From Alphaproteobacteria bacterium (lineage in GTDB: Bacteria; Pseudomonadota; Alphaproteobacteria; Bin95): 64,000 bases of DNA. The stretch is taken from the NCBI GenBank assembly GCA_963665325.3, contig CAXXWS020000002.1:160001-224000 (forward strand). Reading direction: 5' to 3'. Below, piece by piece: positions 39,941 to 52,449 of the stretch. Every line of letters starts with the position of its first letter. The stretch's first letter is position 1. Below the pieces are notes generated by a model. That model saw only the letters and a program-made list of their open reading frames with translations. It had not been told where the DNA came from and did no database searches. The translations under genes and the position numbers were made by a program.

Positions 39941-40333
39941 TCAGCGGTTGGCCATCACCTGGATATCCGGGCAGTCGAGGAGCCGCGCGTCCGCCGTCAC
40001 CAGCGTCAGGCCGAAGACCAGCGCGCTCGCGGCGATGAAGCGGTCGGCCGGGTCCTTGTGGTCCAGCGCAATGCTGCGGCTGGCCATCGCGACCTCGAAG
40101 GTCAGCGGGACCTCGGCGACCGGCGCCGCCGCCAGCGCCCTGTCCAGCCAGCGGCGCGGGTCCGGTCCAAGTTCGATCCGGCCCCGCTCCGCCAACACCA
40201 AGGCTTCCCACACGCTCACCGGGGACAGCCTGAGCATCTCTGCCGGCGAGGCCAGGGCATCGCGCACCGCGCCGGATAGCCGGCCCGGCTCAAGCAACGC
40301 CCAGAGCCAGATATGCGTGTCGAGAAGCAACAA
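39941..40333 (-). CDS. PIN-domain toxin (VapC)
   Basis: LLLDTH, SVWE, HKDPADRFI, LVTAD. Confidence 0.9.
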   Translation of the reverse strand: MLLLDTHIWLWALLEPGRLSGAVRDALASPAEMLRLSPVSVWEALVLAERGRIELGPDPRRWLDRALAAAPVAEVPLTFEVAMASRSIALDHKDPADRFIAASALVFGLTLVTADARLLDCPDIQVMANR

Positions 40334-40336
40334 GGT

Positions 40337-40858
40337 CTAGCGAAGCGCTTCCCATTCGTCTTCATCGAGCGCGGGGGCGATGAGGTCGCCCAGGATTTGT
40401 CCCGAACCCGCCATGGTGCCCAGCCAGTCGCCGGAGGGCGGCGGGACGATCTGCGCCACCGGCTTACCGAACCGGGTCACCAGAACAGGCTGGCCGGTCT
40501 TGCCCACCCGTTCGAGAACCGCGAGGCAGGTGGCCTTGAAGGTGGATATCTGCATTTCCTCCATCCCCGCCGGCGTCTCCGGCATCTCGAATACCGACTG
40601 CATTTCACGCATTCCCGGATCGGTGCCAGCTTCGGACTTTGCCGTTTCCTCCGTAACGCGGCTCGCCGGCACGCCCTCGGCGATGCGCCGCCCGACGAGT
40701 TCCAGCAGGCGGCGGTATCGGGCGGCGTCCCATTCATGGCGCCAGCCGGAACCGCTATGGACGCCGAGCGAGCGCAAATGCCGCCGGACCGCATTCGGCG
40801 CAACAGCCAATGCGCCCGCCATGTCATTCACGGTGTAGCGTTCGCCTGCCCGGCGCAT
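40337..40858 (-). CDS. Phd/YefM antitoxin with N-terminal HTH-like extension
   Basis: C-terminal ISTFKATCLAVLERV...VTRFGKPVAQIVP; GGAG RBS before 40858. Confidence 0.8.
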   Translation of the reverse strand: MRRAGERYTVNDMAGALAVAPNAVRRHLRSLGVHSGSGWRHEWDAARYRRLLELVGRRIAEGVPASRVTEETAKSEAGTDPGMREMQSVFEMPETPAGMEEMQISTFKATCLAVLERVGKTGQPVLVTRFGKPVAQIVPPPSGDWLGTMAGSGQILGDLIAPALDEDEWEALR

Positions 40859-40891
40859 TGCTCCGCCCTTCCTTACGGCTCATATCTTATG

Positions 40892-40920
40892 AACATACTA
40901 TGGTCAAAGACCATGGTCAA
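40892..40920 (-). promoter_or_regulatory. Sigma70 promoter with overlapping TA operator repeats
   Basis: TTGACC-N17-TATGTT; TTGACCAT repeated twice; ATGGTC-AAA-GACCAT palindrome. Confidence 0.65.
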
Positions 40921-40927
40921 TCTATAT

Positions 40928-42061
40928 TCATTCGTTCCACCACTGCCCGCCGATCACCATCCCTGCCGGGAACAGGCGTTGGTCGCCGCCGAGCACGACG
41001 CCGTCGGAATCCTCATAGTCGAACCGCCCGGAGCGCAGTTCGAGCACTGAGGCATCGGCAGCCACGCCCGGCTCCAGGCTGCCCAGGTCGGGTCGCCTGA
41101 GAGCCGCTGCGGGCGCGCCTGTCGCCGCGCGCAGCACCTCAACCAGCGGCATGCCCAGGACCAGGAACTTCGACATGGTGACGAGCAGGTCGAAGGCGGG
41201 GCCGCCAATGGAGAGCGTATGCACGTCGCTCGAGATGCAGTCCGGCATGAACCCGGCGGTCAACATGGCCCGCCCGGTGCCGAAGCCGAACGAACCCTTG
41301 CCGTGGCCGATATCGAAAATGACGCCCCGCTCGCGCGCCGCCAGTGTTTCCTCGCGCACCCTGCCGTCGGCCCCCGCCGGGCTGTTCGGGAAGGAACGGA
41401 AGCAGTGCGTCAGCACGTCGCCGGGGCGAAGCCGGTCCATGACCTCGCGGCGGCTCGGGGGCGGGAAGTCCAGATGCGCCATGACCGGCAGGCCCAGCTC
41501 CTCGGCTACCTCGATGGCGATGTCGAGCGGTGCGATGCCGCTCGACCCGCCGGCGCCGAGGCCGACCCTCACCTTGATCCCGACAACGAGGTCCGCATGC
41601 TCGCGCGCCACACGCACGCATTCCCGGGCGTCCAGCAGGCGCATGTCCTGGCACTCGCCGACCATCACGGCCTCGCTGAAGGCGAATATCCCTGGAAAGG
41701 ACACGTTCAGGAAGGGCAGGACGCGGGGCTTTGCGGGCTCGATCACATGGCGTCGGAAACCGGCCAGATTCGCCGGCCCCGCCGTCCCGGCATCGACCAG
41801 CGTCGTCGTTGCGCCCTGCCTTGCAAGCTCTTCGGGATCGACGCCGATCGAGGTGCCGCCCCAATAGACATGCGTGTGCAGGTCGATGAGACCGGGCGCC
41901 ACAATGCGACCGCTCACGTCACGCACGTCGTGCGCTTCCCCGGCCGGGAGGTCCGGCCCGATCTCCGCGACCCGGCCATCGGCGAAGGCGACATCGGCCG
42001 CCCGATCCACGCCGCGGCCGGGATCGATCACCCGCCCGCCCTTCAGCAACAGGTCGTGCAT
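40928..42061 (-). CDS. Amidohydrolase/deacetylase family metallohydrolase (dihydroorotase-like)
   Basis: PGLIDLHTH, GIKVR, MAH, LTHC, ISSDVH. Confidence 0.9.
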   Translation of the reverse strand: MHDLLLKGGRVIDPGRGVDRAADVAFADGRVAEIGPDLPAGEAHDVRDVSGRIVAPGLIDLHTHVYWGGTSIGVDPEELARQGATTTLVDAGTAGPANLAGFRRHVIEPAKPRVLPFLNVSFPGIFAFSEAVMVGECQDMRLLDARECVRVAREHADLVVGIKVRVGLGAGGSSGIAPLDIAIEVAEELGLPVMAHLDFPPPSRREVMDRLRPGDVLTHCFRSFPNSPAGADGRVREETLAARERGVIFDIGHGKGSFGFGTGRAMLTAGFMPDCISSDVHTLSIGGPAFDLLVTMSKFLVLGMPLVEVLRAATGAPAAALRRPDLGSLEPGVAADASVLELRSGRFDYEDSDGVVLGGDQRLFPAGMVIGGQWWNE

Positions 42062-42086
42062 GTGTGCCTCCTCTTCGGTATGCGCC

Positions 42087-44096
<2,010 letters not shown>

Positions 44097-44144
44097 GGGC
44101 TCGGAGGGTAGACTGGCGCTTTCCCGGACGCGAGGAAGGAAATC

Positions 44145-44465
44145 ATGGCGGACGCGCTCTATTACGACGCGCATGTATTCTGTTGCACCAATACCCGTCC
44201 GCCCGGCCATCCGCGCGGCTGCTGCAGCGAAAAGGGATCGGAGAAGCTGCGCGCCTATATGAAGGCGCGGGCCAGGTCGCTGCCCAAGACGCGCATCAAC
44301 ATCGCCGGCTGCCTCGACCGCTGCGAGCTCGGGCCGACCATGGTCATCTATCCCGAGGGCATCTGGTACCGCTACGAGAACGAGGCGGATATCGACGAGA
44401 TCCTCGAAACCCATCTGAAGGGCGGCGGCCGGGTCTCCCGGCTCATGCTCGACCCCGACGCCTGA
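44145..44465 (+). CDS. Thioredoxin-like [2Fe-2S] ferredoxin
   Basis: [27 protein letters not shown]. Confidence 0.92.
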   Translation: MADALYYDAHVFCCTNTRPPGHPRGCCSEKGSEKLRAYMKARARSLPKTRINIAGCLDRCELGPTMVIYPEGIWYRYENEADIDEILETHLKGGGRVSRLMLDPDA

Positions 44466-45748
44466 CGGACCCGCCCGACACGATCTTCGCCGAGGCGACG
44501 GCGCCCGGCCGGGCCGGCATCTCGGTGCTGCGCCTGTCGGGGCCGGAAGCGGGGCCGGCGCTCGCGGCGCTGACGGGGCCGCTGCCGGAGCCGCGCCGAG
44601 CGGTGCTGCGCGCCGTCTGCGACCCGGAAAGCGGCGAGCTTCTGGACAGGGGCCTAGTGGCCTGGTTCCCCGGTCCGGCGAGCTTCACCGGCGAGGACGC
44701 GGCCGAACTGCACCTTCACGGCGCGCCGGTCGTGATGGACGCGGTGCAGACCGCCCTTATGCGCATGGACGGCCTGCGCCCGGCCGAGCCCGGCGAGTTC
44801 ACCCGCCGCGCCTTCGATGCCGGGCGCATGGATCTGACGGCGGTGGAGGGCCTCGCCGAGTTGATCGACGCCGAGACCGAGGGCCAGCGTCGGCAGGCGC
44901 TCCATGCGCTCGGCGGCGGGCTCGCGCGGCGATTCGACGGTTGGCGGGAGCGGCTGGTGCAGGCACTCGCCCATATCGAGGCCGCCATCGACTTCAGCGA
45001 CGAGGAATTGCCGGAGGGGCTGGAGGCCGGGGTCTCGCGCACGGTGTCGGAGGCGCGAGCGGAAATGGTGGAGGCGCTGGCCTCTGGCGCGCGCGGCGAG
45101 GTCGTCCGCGACGGGTTCCGGGTGGCCCTGGTCGGCGCGCCCAACGCCGGCAAGTCGAGCTTGCTCAACGCGCTCGCGGCGCGCGAGGTCGCCATCGTCT
45201 CGCCCGGCGCCGGCACCACGCGCGATGTGCTGGAGGCGCGGCTTTCCATGGAAGGCTATCTCGTGCGGCTGATCGACATGGCCGGGCTGCACGAAAGCGA
45301 CGACCCGGTCGAGCGCGAGGGCATGCGCCGGGCGCGCGACGAGGCGGCATCGGCCGACCTCCGCCTGCTTCTGACCGCCCCCGACGCACCGCCCCCGCCG
45401 GAGATGGCCGGCCTCGCCGTCCGCACCAAGTCCGACCTTGGCGCCGCTCCCGGCTCCGGCCTCGCGGTCTCGGCGACAACGGGAGAGGGGCTGGAGGCGC
45501 TGCGGAGCGCCATCGTGGAGGCCATGCGCGCACGCGTCGCCGGGCCGCCGGGCGCACTCCGCGCCCGCCATGTGCAGGCCCTCGGCGACGCCGTGGAGGC
45601 GCTCGACCGCTTCGCCGCTGCGCCCCAGATCGACCTCGCCGCCGAAGACCTCCGCCTCGCCGTCCGCGCGCTTGGCCGCGTCACCGGCCGCGTCGATGTC
45701 GAAGACCTGCTGGATGCGATCTTCAGGGAGTTCTGCATCGGGAAATAG
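44462..45748 (+). CDS. mnmE: tRNA modification GTPase MnmE
   Basis: [26 protein letters not shown]-terminal FCIGK; start probably CTG 44462. Confidence 0.93.
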   Translation: MTDPPDTIFAEATAPGRAGISVLRLSGPEAGPALAALTGPLPEPRRAVLRAVCDPESGELLDRGLVAWFPGPASFTGEDAAELHLHGAPVVMDAVQTALMRMDGLRPAEPGEFTRRAFDAGRMDLTAVEGLAELIDAETEGQRRQALHALGGGLARRFDGWRERLVQALAHIEAAIDFSDEELPEGLEAGVSRTVSEARAEMVEALASGARGEVVRDGFRVALVGAPNAGKSSLLNALAAREVAIVSPGAGTTRDVLEARLSMEGYLVRLIDMAGLHESDDPVEREGMRRARDEAASADLRLLLTAPDAPPPPEMAGLAVRTKSDLGAAPGSGLAVSATTGEGLEALRSAIVEAMRARVAGPPGALRARHVQALGDAVEALDRFAAAPQIDLAAEDLRLAVRALGRVTGRVDVEDLLDAIFREFCIGK

Positions 45749-45843
45749 GCGATACCGGAATTGGCGGGGGTCGTCCGGACACGGGGCTATGCCCTCTGAA
45801 CTGAGGGGCGCCGCGCCTTGGGAGAGGGAACGGTGCGTCCGCC

Positions 45844-46167
45844 TCAGCGCTTCAGCTTGAAGAACGGCGCCGCTTCGAGAATGCGGTTCTCCTGGCTGAG
45901 CAGATAGCCCGCCTCGCCGGAGCGGGCGAGGTAGGTCTTCCAGTCCGGGTCGGCCTGCATGGCGGCGCGCTTCCTGGCCCGGTCGCCCGCGTCCTCATAG
46001 GCCCAGACGTGGATGTAGGTGTTGATCGGTCCCGTTTCGGTAATGCCGTAGAGCACCGGCTCTCCGAGATGGCGGGTCTGCACGGCATATCCGTGCTCCT
46101 CGTAGAGGGCCATCGCCTTGGGCACCGTGCCGGGGCGGCAGGTATAGATGCGGTGGTCGAAGATCAT
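45844..46167 (-). CDS. NIPSNAP-family protein
   Basis: DHRIY, HVWAYED...R...RAAM..DPDW. Confidence 0.88.
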   Translation of the reverse strand: MIFDHRIYTCRPGTVPKAMALYEEHGYAVQTRHLGEPVLYGITETGPINTYIHVWAYEDAGDRARKRAAMQADPDWKTYLARSGEAGYLLSQENRILEAAPFFKLKR

Positions 46168-46247
46168 GGGAGTTGTTCCTTCCTCGCGAATCGGTTGCGA
46201 GACGCTATGATGAGCGCGCCTACCGCCGCAAGGGGAGCCCTCCCGCA

Positions 46248-47036
46248 ATGAGCGAAGAAACCGCCGTTGGCGCCGCCGAACTCCGTACGCTCGCCGTCAA
46301 GCTGCAGGACCTGCTGAAGATCCGCACCCTGCCGATCGGCATGAAACAGTATGAAAGCCTTGAGGAAATGGAGGCGGTGCCGGGCCTGCGCCGCCCGAAG
46401 CCCGGGCGCTTCCATACAACCTGCCAGCTGGTGACACAGAGCCGCATCGCCGGCTTCACGCTCGGCATTACGGCCGAGAATGTGCGCCCGCAGTCCAATT
46501 GCGGCGGCGTCATGGGCATCGACCTGCCGGACGAGGGCACGCTTTCGGGCGAGCATATGGACGGCGTGTGGTTCGCGGATCGCGAGGCGGCGCGCGAGCA
46601 CCAGGCGCACATGCCGCGCCAGACCTTCGGCAAGTATATCGGGACGGTGGTCTCGCCGCTGCGCTCCGGCCGCCTCGATCCGCCGGATATCGTGCTGTTC
46701 TATGGCACGCCCGGCCAGATCATCCTGTTTGTCAACGGCCTGCAATGGAAGCGGTACCGGCGTTACGACATGTCGATCACCGGCGAGAGCGCCTGTGCCG
46801 ACAGCTGGGGCAAGGCGTTGCTGACGGGCGACACCTCGATCTCGATTCCCTGCTATGCGGAGCGCCGCTATGGCGGCGTGGCCGACGACGAGATGTTGAT
46901 CGCCATGCCGCCGGAAGAGTTCGTGCGCGGCGTCGAGGGCATGGAGAAGCTCTCGCGCGTCGGGCTGCGCTATCCGATCCCGCCCTATGGCGCGCATATG
47001 GACCCCTCGGAAGGCATGTCCGCCAGCTATGGCTGA
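46248..47036 (+). CDS. DUF169-family protein
   Basis: TTCQ, NCGG, PDIVLFYGTPGQ, ESACAD, PCYAERRYG. Confidence 0.8.
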   Translation: MSEETAVGAAELRTLAVKLQDLLKIRTLPIGMKQYESLEEMEAVPGLRRPKPGRFHTTCQLVTQSRIAGFTLGITAENVRPQSNCGGVMGIDLPDEGTLSGEHMDGVWFADREAAREHQAHMPRQTFGKYIGTVVSPLRSGRLDPPDIVLFYGTPGQIILFVNGLQWKRYRRYDMSITGESACADSWGKALLTGDTSISIPCYAERRYGGVADDEMLIAMPPEEFVRGVEGMEKLSRVGLRYPIPPYGAHMDPSEGMSASYG

Positions 47037-48036
47037 GGGCGCGCGGCCGGATACGGTCCGCCTGCAACGCCTTGCCCGCGCCTATCGGGAAAGCGGGGCG
47101 CTGCTCGCTGCGGTCGAGCTCGGCCTTTTCACCGAGATCGCGCGCGGTGCCGACACGGAGGAGAAACTCGCCGCCGCGCTCGGCCTAGAACCGCCCAATG
47201 GCGAGCGGATCATTGTCGCCTGCCTCGGCCTCGGCCTGATCCGCCGCGAGGGCGACAAATTGGTCAATGCGTCGGATGTCGAGCGCTTCCTGGTGGCGGA
47301 CTCGCGCCACTACGCCGCGCCCTGGATGTTCTTCACCAAGCCGGACTGGAACGAGTGGGGCAGCCTGGCGGAGCATCTGCGCCGGCCCGGCCCGCCGCTG
47401 GAAGAGAACGCTTCCGTCTCAGGGATCACGGTCGAGGAAGCGCGCCGATACCATGAGGCGACGCGGGCGGTCGGCGCGGGAGCGGGGCGGCTGTTCGCGC
47501 GAACGACTGACCTTTCCGGCAAGACCCGGATGATGGACATCGGCGGAGGCTCGGGGGCGTATTGCGTCGCGGCCTGCCAGGCGAACCCGGAGTTGCGGGC
47601 GGCGGTGCTCGACCTGCCGGTCGTTTGCGAGGTCGCACGCGGCTATATCGACGAAGCCGGGCTTTCGGACCGCATCGAGGCCGTGCCCTGCGACTTCAAC
47701 CAGGACGACTTCCCGACCGATTGCGACCTCGCCGTCATGGCATCGAACCTGCCCATGTACGGTCGCTGGCAGATCGCATGGGTGGTGAAGAAGACGCACG
47801 ACGCGCTGCTGCCGGGCGGCGTCTTCCACCTGATCGGCGAGGCGCTGGCGCCGGACAGGTCGGGGCCGGCGGACCCGGCGCTCTGGGGCCTCGCGCAGAC
47901 GCTTCACGCCTCTACCGGCCTCGCCCATTCGAGCGACGAGGTCGCCGGCTATTTCGAGGCGGCGGGTTTCCTCGACATCGCAGTGGAGGATTTCCTGCCC
48001 GGCATCCTGGTCCGCGTCTCGGGCCGCAAGGGCTGA
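47029..48036 (+). CDS. SAM-dependent O-methyltransferase with dimerisation domain
   Basis: AVELGLF, MDIGGGSG, DLP, LLPGG; overlaps the DUF169 stop. Confidence 0.88.
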   Translation: MAEGARPDTVRLQRLARAYRESGALLAAVELGLFTEIARGADTEEKLAAALGLEPPNGERIIVACLGLGLIRREGDKLVNASDVERFLVADSRHYAAPWMFFTKPDWNEWGSLAEHLRRPGPPLEENASVSGITVEEARRYHEATRAVGAGAGRLFARTTDLSGKTRMMDIGGGSGAYCVAACQANPELRAAVLDLPVVCEVARGYIDEAGLSDRIEAVPCDFNQDDFPTDCDLAVMASNLPMYGRWQIAWVVKKTHDALLPGGVFHLIGEALAPDRSGPADPALWGLAQTLHASTGLAHSSDEVAGYFEAAGFLDIAVEDFLPGILVRVSGRKG

Positions 48037-48039
48037 CGT

Positions 48040-49203
48040 TCAGCGCCGGGCGTATTGTACCGCGGCGCGCCCCACGGTCTCGCGCGCGACCACCATCTTG
48101 GAGATCTGGGCGGTGCCGTCGCCGATCTCCAGCCCCATCACATCGCGCAGGCGCTGCTGGTGGGGCAGGTCCCGGCTGTAGCCGAGATGGCCGTGGGTGA
48201 GCAGGCACTGATGGATCGTGTCCACCGAGAGCTTCGGCGCCCACCATTTGCACATCGCCGCTTCCTTGGTGTGCGCCATCCCCTGGTCGCGCAGCCAGAG
48301 GGTGCGGTAGCAGAGCAGACGGCAGCCCTCGACCTGGGTGTCGTATTCGGCGAGCGGGAAGGTGACGCCCTGGAACTCGGCGATCGGCCGCCCGAAGGCC
48401 TCCCGCTCCAGCGTGTAGGGCCAGGTCTCGTCCAGCGAGGCGCGGGCAGCGCCCAGAGCCTGCAGGCCGATCAGCGTGCGCGAATAGTCGAAGCCCTGCA
48501 TGGTCTGGGTGAAGCCGGCGCCCTCGGGGCCCACACGGTTGCAGTCCGGCACGCGCACGCCGTCGAACCAGATCGAGCCGCGCCCGACCGCGAGCGAGCC
48601 CAGATCGTCATAGGCCGAACGGGAAACTCCAGGCGCGTCGAGGTCGATCAGGAAGGCGGTCACGCCGCGCGCGCCGGGCCGGTCCGGATCGGTGCGCGCC
48701 ATGGTGAGCACGCTGTCGGCATGGGCAGCCATGGAGATCGAGGCCTTCTCGCCGTCGATCACCCAGTCATCCCCGTCGCGCCGGGCGCGCACCTGCAGGT
48801 TGGCGGCATCGGAACCGCCGCGCGGCTCGGTCAGGCCGAGCGCAATCGTCTCGCGTCCCTCCGCGATTGCCGGCAGCCGCGCCGCGGCCAGCGCCTCGTC
48901 GCCGTGGCGGGCGAGGATATCGGCGCTGAGCGAGGAGAGCAGCGGCACATAGCTCACATTGAGGTCGCCATAGGCGATCTCCTCGATCAGCAGGCCCGCG
49001 GTCACGCCGTCGATGCCCATGCCCCCATAGCGTTCCGGCAGCGAGGGCGCGACAAGGCCGAGGCGGCCCATCTCGCGGATGAGCTCGGCTCCCATCGCGG
49101 CATCGTCCTCGCGCTTGCGGTAGCCGGGCAGCAGCACTTCACGGGAGAAGCGCCCGGCGGCTTCCTTGAGGGCGGTCTGGTCTTCGGTCAGTCCGAACTG
49201 CAT
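48040..49203 (-). CDS. Acyl-CoA dehydrogenase (cyclohexanecarboxyl-CoA dehydrogenase AliB-like)
   Basis: LTEPRGGSDAA, GEKASIS, GFDYSR, EIGDGTAQI. Confidence 0.88.
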   Translation of the reverse strand: MQFGLTEDQTALKEAAGRFSREVLLPGYRKREDDAAMGAELIREMGRLGLVAPSLPERYGGMGIDGVTAGLLIEEIAYGDLNVSYVPLLSSLSADILARHGDEALAAARLPAIAEGRETIALGLTEPRGGSDAANLQVRARRDGDDWVIDGEKASISMAAHADSVLTMARTDPDRPGARGVTAFLIDLDAPGVSRSAYDDLGSLAVGRGSIWFDGVRVPDCNRVGPEGAGFTQTMQGFDYSRTLIGLQALGAARASLDETWPYTLEREAFGRPIAEFQGVTFPLAEYDTQVEGCRLLCYRTLWLRDQGMAHTKEAAMCKWWAPKLSVDTIHQCLLTHGHLGYSRDLPHQQRLRDVMGLEIGDGTAQISKMVVARETVGRAAVQYARR

Positions 49204-50099
49204 GGCGCTTTTCGCTCCCGGTGCCGGATATAGAGGCCGCTGGCTATGATGATGGCCGCCGCCGCCAGGGTCCAGCCGTCCGGGAAGAAGCCGAACACTG
49301 CGAGCCCGAGGGCGACCGACCAGACGAATTCGATATACATGAAGGGCGCGACCAGCCCGGCCGGCGCGGTCTCGTAGGCGCGGATGAGGACATATTGGCC
49401 GACGGCCCCGAAGAGGGCGGGCAGGGCGAGGAGGCCCCAGCCGGCCAGGTCCGGTGTCCGCCAGAAGAAGGGCACGACCGCCGAAGTCGCCACAGCGCCG
49501 GCAAGCGCGGCATAGAAGAGCGCGGTCGGCGCGGGCGCGGCATGGCGCAGCGCGCGCGTCGCAACCTGGTAGAGCGCGTAGAACAGCGCCATTCCGAGCG
49601 CCAGAAGAACGCCGGCATTGGCGGTCAGTCCGTCCGGCCCGGCGGCCATGGCTACGGCGCCGAATCCGACGAGCGCGGCCGCCCAGCGCCTCGCGCCCAC
49701 GCGCTCGCCGAGCCACAGCACCGCGAGCGCCATGGTGAACAGCGGTGCGACGAAGGTGATGACGGTCATCTCCGGCAGCGCCAGAAGCTCCAGCGCGGCG
49801 AAGGAGAAGGCCGTCGAGGCGACGAGGAAGGCGCCGCGCAGCACCTGCAGGGCCGGGCGCTCGGTGCGGATGAGCGCGCCGAGCCGGTGCGGCATCAGCA
49901 GGGCCAGGGCCGCCAGATGCAGGGTGAAGCGCGCCCAGACGACCTGCACCGCCGGGTAGCCCGCCTCCGTGCCCGCCTTGGAGGCGGCCTGCATGCAAAC
50001 GAAACAGGCCCCGGCCAGCACCGCAAAGCCGATGCCGCGCAATGCCGGTGAGGGCGGGGCCGGCGAGGGCGGGGCGGGGGAGGGCGCGGCCGGCGTCAC
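49188..50099 (-). CDS. DMT/EamA transporter
   Basis: About 10 hydrophobic helices; LGERVG; GTG start followed by PSPAP repeats. Confidence 0.88.
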   Translation of the reverse strand: MTPAAPSPAPPSPAPPSPALRGIGFAVLAGACFVCMQAASKAGTEAGYPAVQVVWARFTLHLAALALLMPHRLGALIRTERPALQVLRGAFLVASTAFSFAALELLALPEMTVITFVAPLFTMALAVLWLGERVGARRWAAALVGFGAVAMAAGPDGLTANAGVLLALGMALFYALYQVATRALRHAAPAPTALFYAALAGAVATSAVVPFFWRTPDLAGWGLLALPALFGAVGQYVLIRAYETAPAGLVAPFMYIEFVWSVALGLAVFGFFPDGWTLAAAAIIIASGLYIRHRERKAPCSSD

Positions 50100-50115
50100 G
50101 GCGGGGCGGGGCGCA

Positions 50116-51225
50116 TCACGCGGCTCCGGCCAGGCGGGCGACCTCGTCGGCGATGGCGGGCGACGCTGTGAGGCCGGGCGACTCGATGCCGAACAGGTTG
50201 ACGAGGCCCGGAACCCCGTGCGTCTCCGGCCCTTGCAGCAGGAAGTCCGGCTGCGGCTCGCCGGGGCCGTGGATCTTCGGGCGGATGCCGGCATAGGCCG
50301 GTTGCAGCGCGCCGTCCGCAAGCGCCGGATAGTAGCGCCGGACGGCGTCGTAGAAGCGCTCGGCGCGGGCCGGGTCCACGTCGTATTCAGGCGTCTCCAG
50401 CCATTCGAGATCGGGGCCGAACTTGCACTGGCCCGCCAGATCCAGCGTGACGTGCACCCCCAGCACGGAGGCCTCCGGCATGGGATAGACGAGGCGGTGG
50501 AAGGGCTGGCGGCCGGCGACGGAGAAATAGTTGCCCTTGGCGAACCGGGCCTGCGGAATATGCCGCGCGTCGAGGCCGTCGATCCGGCGCGCGACTTCCG
50601 GTGCGGCCAGTCCGGCGCTGTTGACGACCAGCCCGGCGGCGAGCGTCATCGGCTCCGCGCCGCCGACTTCGAGCTCGATGCCGTCTTCCAGCGCGCGGCC
50701 GCTCGCGACCGGGGCGTGGAAGGCGATCATCGCGCCGGCCTCCTCCGCATCGCCCTGGAAGGCCAGCATCAGCGCATGGCTGTCGATGATCCCGGTGGAG
50801 GGCGAGAGCAGGCCCGCCTCCGCCTTCACCGCCGGCTCCAGCGCGCGCACCTCCGCGCCGGTCAGCAGTTCGAGGTCGGGCACGCCGTTGGCGGCCGCGC
50901 GCGCCTGCAACGCCTCCAGTTCCGGGACGCGGCTCTCGTCGGACGCCACGATCAGCTTGCCGATCCGCTTGTGCGGCAGCCCGCGTTCGCCGCAATAATC
51001 GTAGAGGAAATGCTTGCCCTCGACGCAGGCCCGCGCCTTGAAGCTGCCGGCCGGATAGTAGATGCCGGCATGGATGACCTCGCTGTTGCGCGAGCTGGTC
51101 TCCGTGCCGATGGCCTCGGCGGCTTCCAGGACCACCACCTCCATCCCGGCCATGGCGAGCCGCCTGGCGCAGGCAAGCCCGACGGCGCCCGCGCCGATGA
51201 CGACGCATTCCACCTTTTCCGCCAT
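50116..51225 (-). CDS. FAD-dependent oxidoreductase (L-2-hydroxyglutarate oxidase-like)
   Basis: [36 protein letters not shown]. Confidence 0.9.
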   Translation of the reverse strand: MAEKVECVVIGAGAVGLACARRLAMAGMEVVVLEAAEAIGTETSSRNSEVIHAGIYYPAGSFKARACVEGKHFLYDYCGERGLPHKRIGKLIVASDESRVPELEALQARAAANGVPDLELLTGAEVRALEPAVKAEAGLLSPSTGIIDSHALMLAFQGDAEEAGAMIAFHAPVASGRALEDGIELEVGGAEPMTLAAGLVVNSAGLAAPEVARRIDGLDARHIPQARFAKGNYFSVAGRQPFHRLVYPMPEASVLGVHVTLDLAGQCKFGPDLEWLETPEYDVDPARAERFYDAVRRYYPALADGALQPAYAGIRPKIHGPGEPQPDFLLQGPETHGVPGLVNLFGIESPGLTASPAIADEVARLAGAA

Positions 51226-51343
51226 GCCCGCCGGCGCCTCCTGCTTCCCCGCGTCACGGATGCTCTATCGGTTCTAGTCTTGGCGGGCGAACGGCGAAAC
51301 GCCATATTCGCCGCAGTCCCCGCCAACCGGGAGTCCGGTTCCC

Positions 51344-52378
51344 ATGCGCATTCTTGCCGGCCTCGCCCTGCTCGTCCTCGCCGCGGCTCCGGCCTTTGCG
51401 TCGGATGCCCGTGTCGAGCACTTCCGCAATGCCTGGCCGAACACCGATTTCAGCCGCCATACCGTGCCGTTCGAGGAGATCGCCTCGGGCGGCGTCGCGC
51501 GCGACCAGATCCCGCCCATCGACGATCCCGTGTTCGTCTCCGTCGCCGAGGCGGAAAAACTGATCGCGCCGACCGAGCCGGTGATTTCGCTGACGGTGGA
51601 CGGCGAGCGGCGCGCCTATCCGCTGGCGGTGCTGATCTGGCACGAGATCGTGAACGACACGATTGCGGGCCGGCCCGTGGCGGTGACCTATTGCCCGCTC
51701 TGCGATGCGGCGCTGGTGTTCGACCGGCGGGTCGGCGGCCGGGTGCTGGACTTCGGCACGACGGGCCTCCTGCGCTTCTCCGACCTCGTGATGTGGGACC
51801 GGCAGACGGAAAGCTGGTGGCAGCAGTTCCTGGGCGAGGCGATGGTGGGAGAGCTGACCGGCGAGCGGCTCGCCATGCTGCCCTCGCGCGTCGAGAGCTT
51901 CGAGCGTTTCGCCGCTGGCGGGCCGGGCGGGGAGGTGCTGATGCCGAACGACCCGGCGTTCCGCAGCTACGGCTCGAACCCTTATGCCGGCTATGACGGC
52001 GCGCACTGGCCGTTCCTCTTCCGGGGCGAATACAAGCTGGTGGCGGTGCCGCCGCTGGCGCGCGTCGCCATGGTCGGCAAGCGGGCCTGGACAGTGGACC
52101 TGCTGAAGCAGGAGAAGCGGATCGAGGCGGGCGACCTGGTGCTGGAATGGGCGCCCGGCCAGAACTCCGCGCTCGACAAGGGCGTGATCCGCGAGGGCCG
52201 CGACATCGGCAATGTCACCGTGCAGCGCCGCGCCGCCGGCGGCGGGCTGGTGGATGCCGTCCACGACGTGACCTTCGCCTTCGCCTTCCTCGCCTTCGTG
52301 CCGGACGGCGTCATCCACACCGTCTGCGGCCCGCATGTGAAGCCGGAAACCCTGCCGGAGAACCTCGCCTGCGGGTAG
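51344..52378 (+). CDS. Exported DUF3179-family protein
   Basis: Signal peptide; WPNTDF, IPPIDDP, HEIVND, TYCPLC. Confidence 0.88.
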   Translation: MRILAGLALLVLAAAPAFASDARVEHFRNAWPNTDFSRHTVPFEEIASGGVARDQIPPIDDPVFVSVAEAEKLIAPTEPVISLTVDGERRAYPLAVLIWHEIVNDTIAGRPVAVTYCPLCDAALVFDRRVGGRVLDFGTTGLLRFSDLVMWDRQTESWWQQFLGEAMVGELTGERLAMLPSRVESFERFAAGGPGGEVLMPNDPAFRSYGSNPYAGYDGAHWPFLFRGEYKLVAVPPLARVAMVGKRAWTVDLLKQEKRIEAGDLVLEWAPGQNSALDKGVIREGRDIGNVTVQRRAAGGGLVDAVHDVTFAFAFLAFVPDGVIHTVCGPHVKPETLPENLACG

Positions 52379-52416
52379 GACGGGGTGGCCGGCGGCCGGC
52401 TCATAGGTATTTTTAC

Positions 52417-52449
52417 TTGACGCCAGTCCCATATGTTCTATTTTTGTCT
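52417..52449 (+). promoter_or_regulatory. Promoter -35 with putative alphaproteobacterial LexA box
   Basis: TTGACG at 52417; GTTC-TATTTTT-GTCT vs consensus GTTC-N7-GTTC. Confidence 0.5.

Noticed and set aside
50050-50094. 15-bp degenerate repeats (PSPAP x3)
   Set aside because: Low-complexity N-terminal linker of the DMT transporter.
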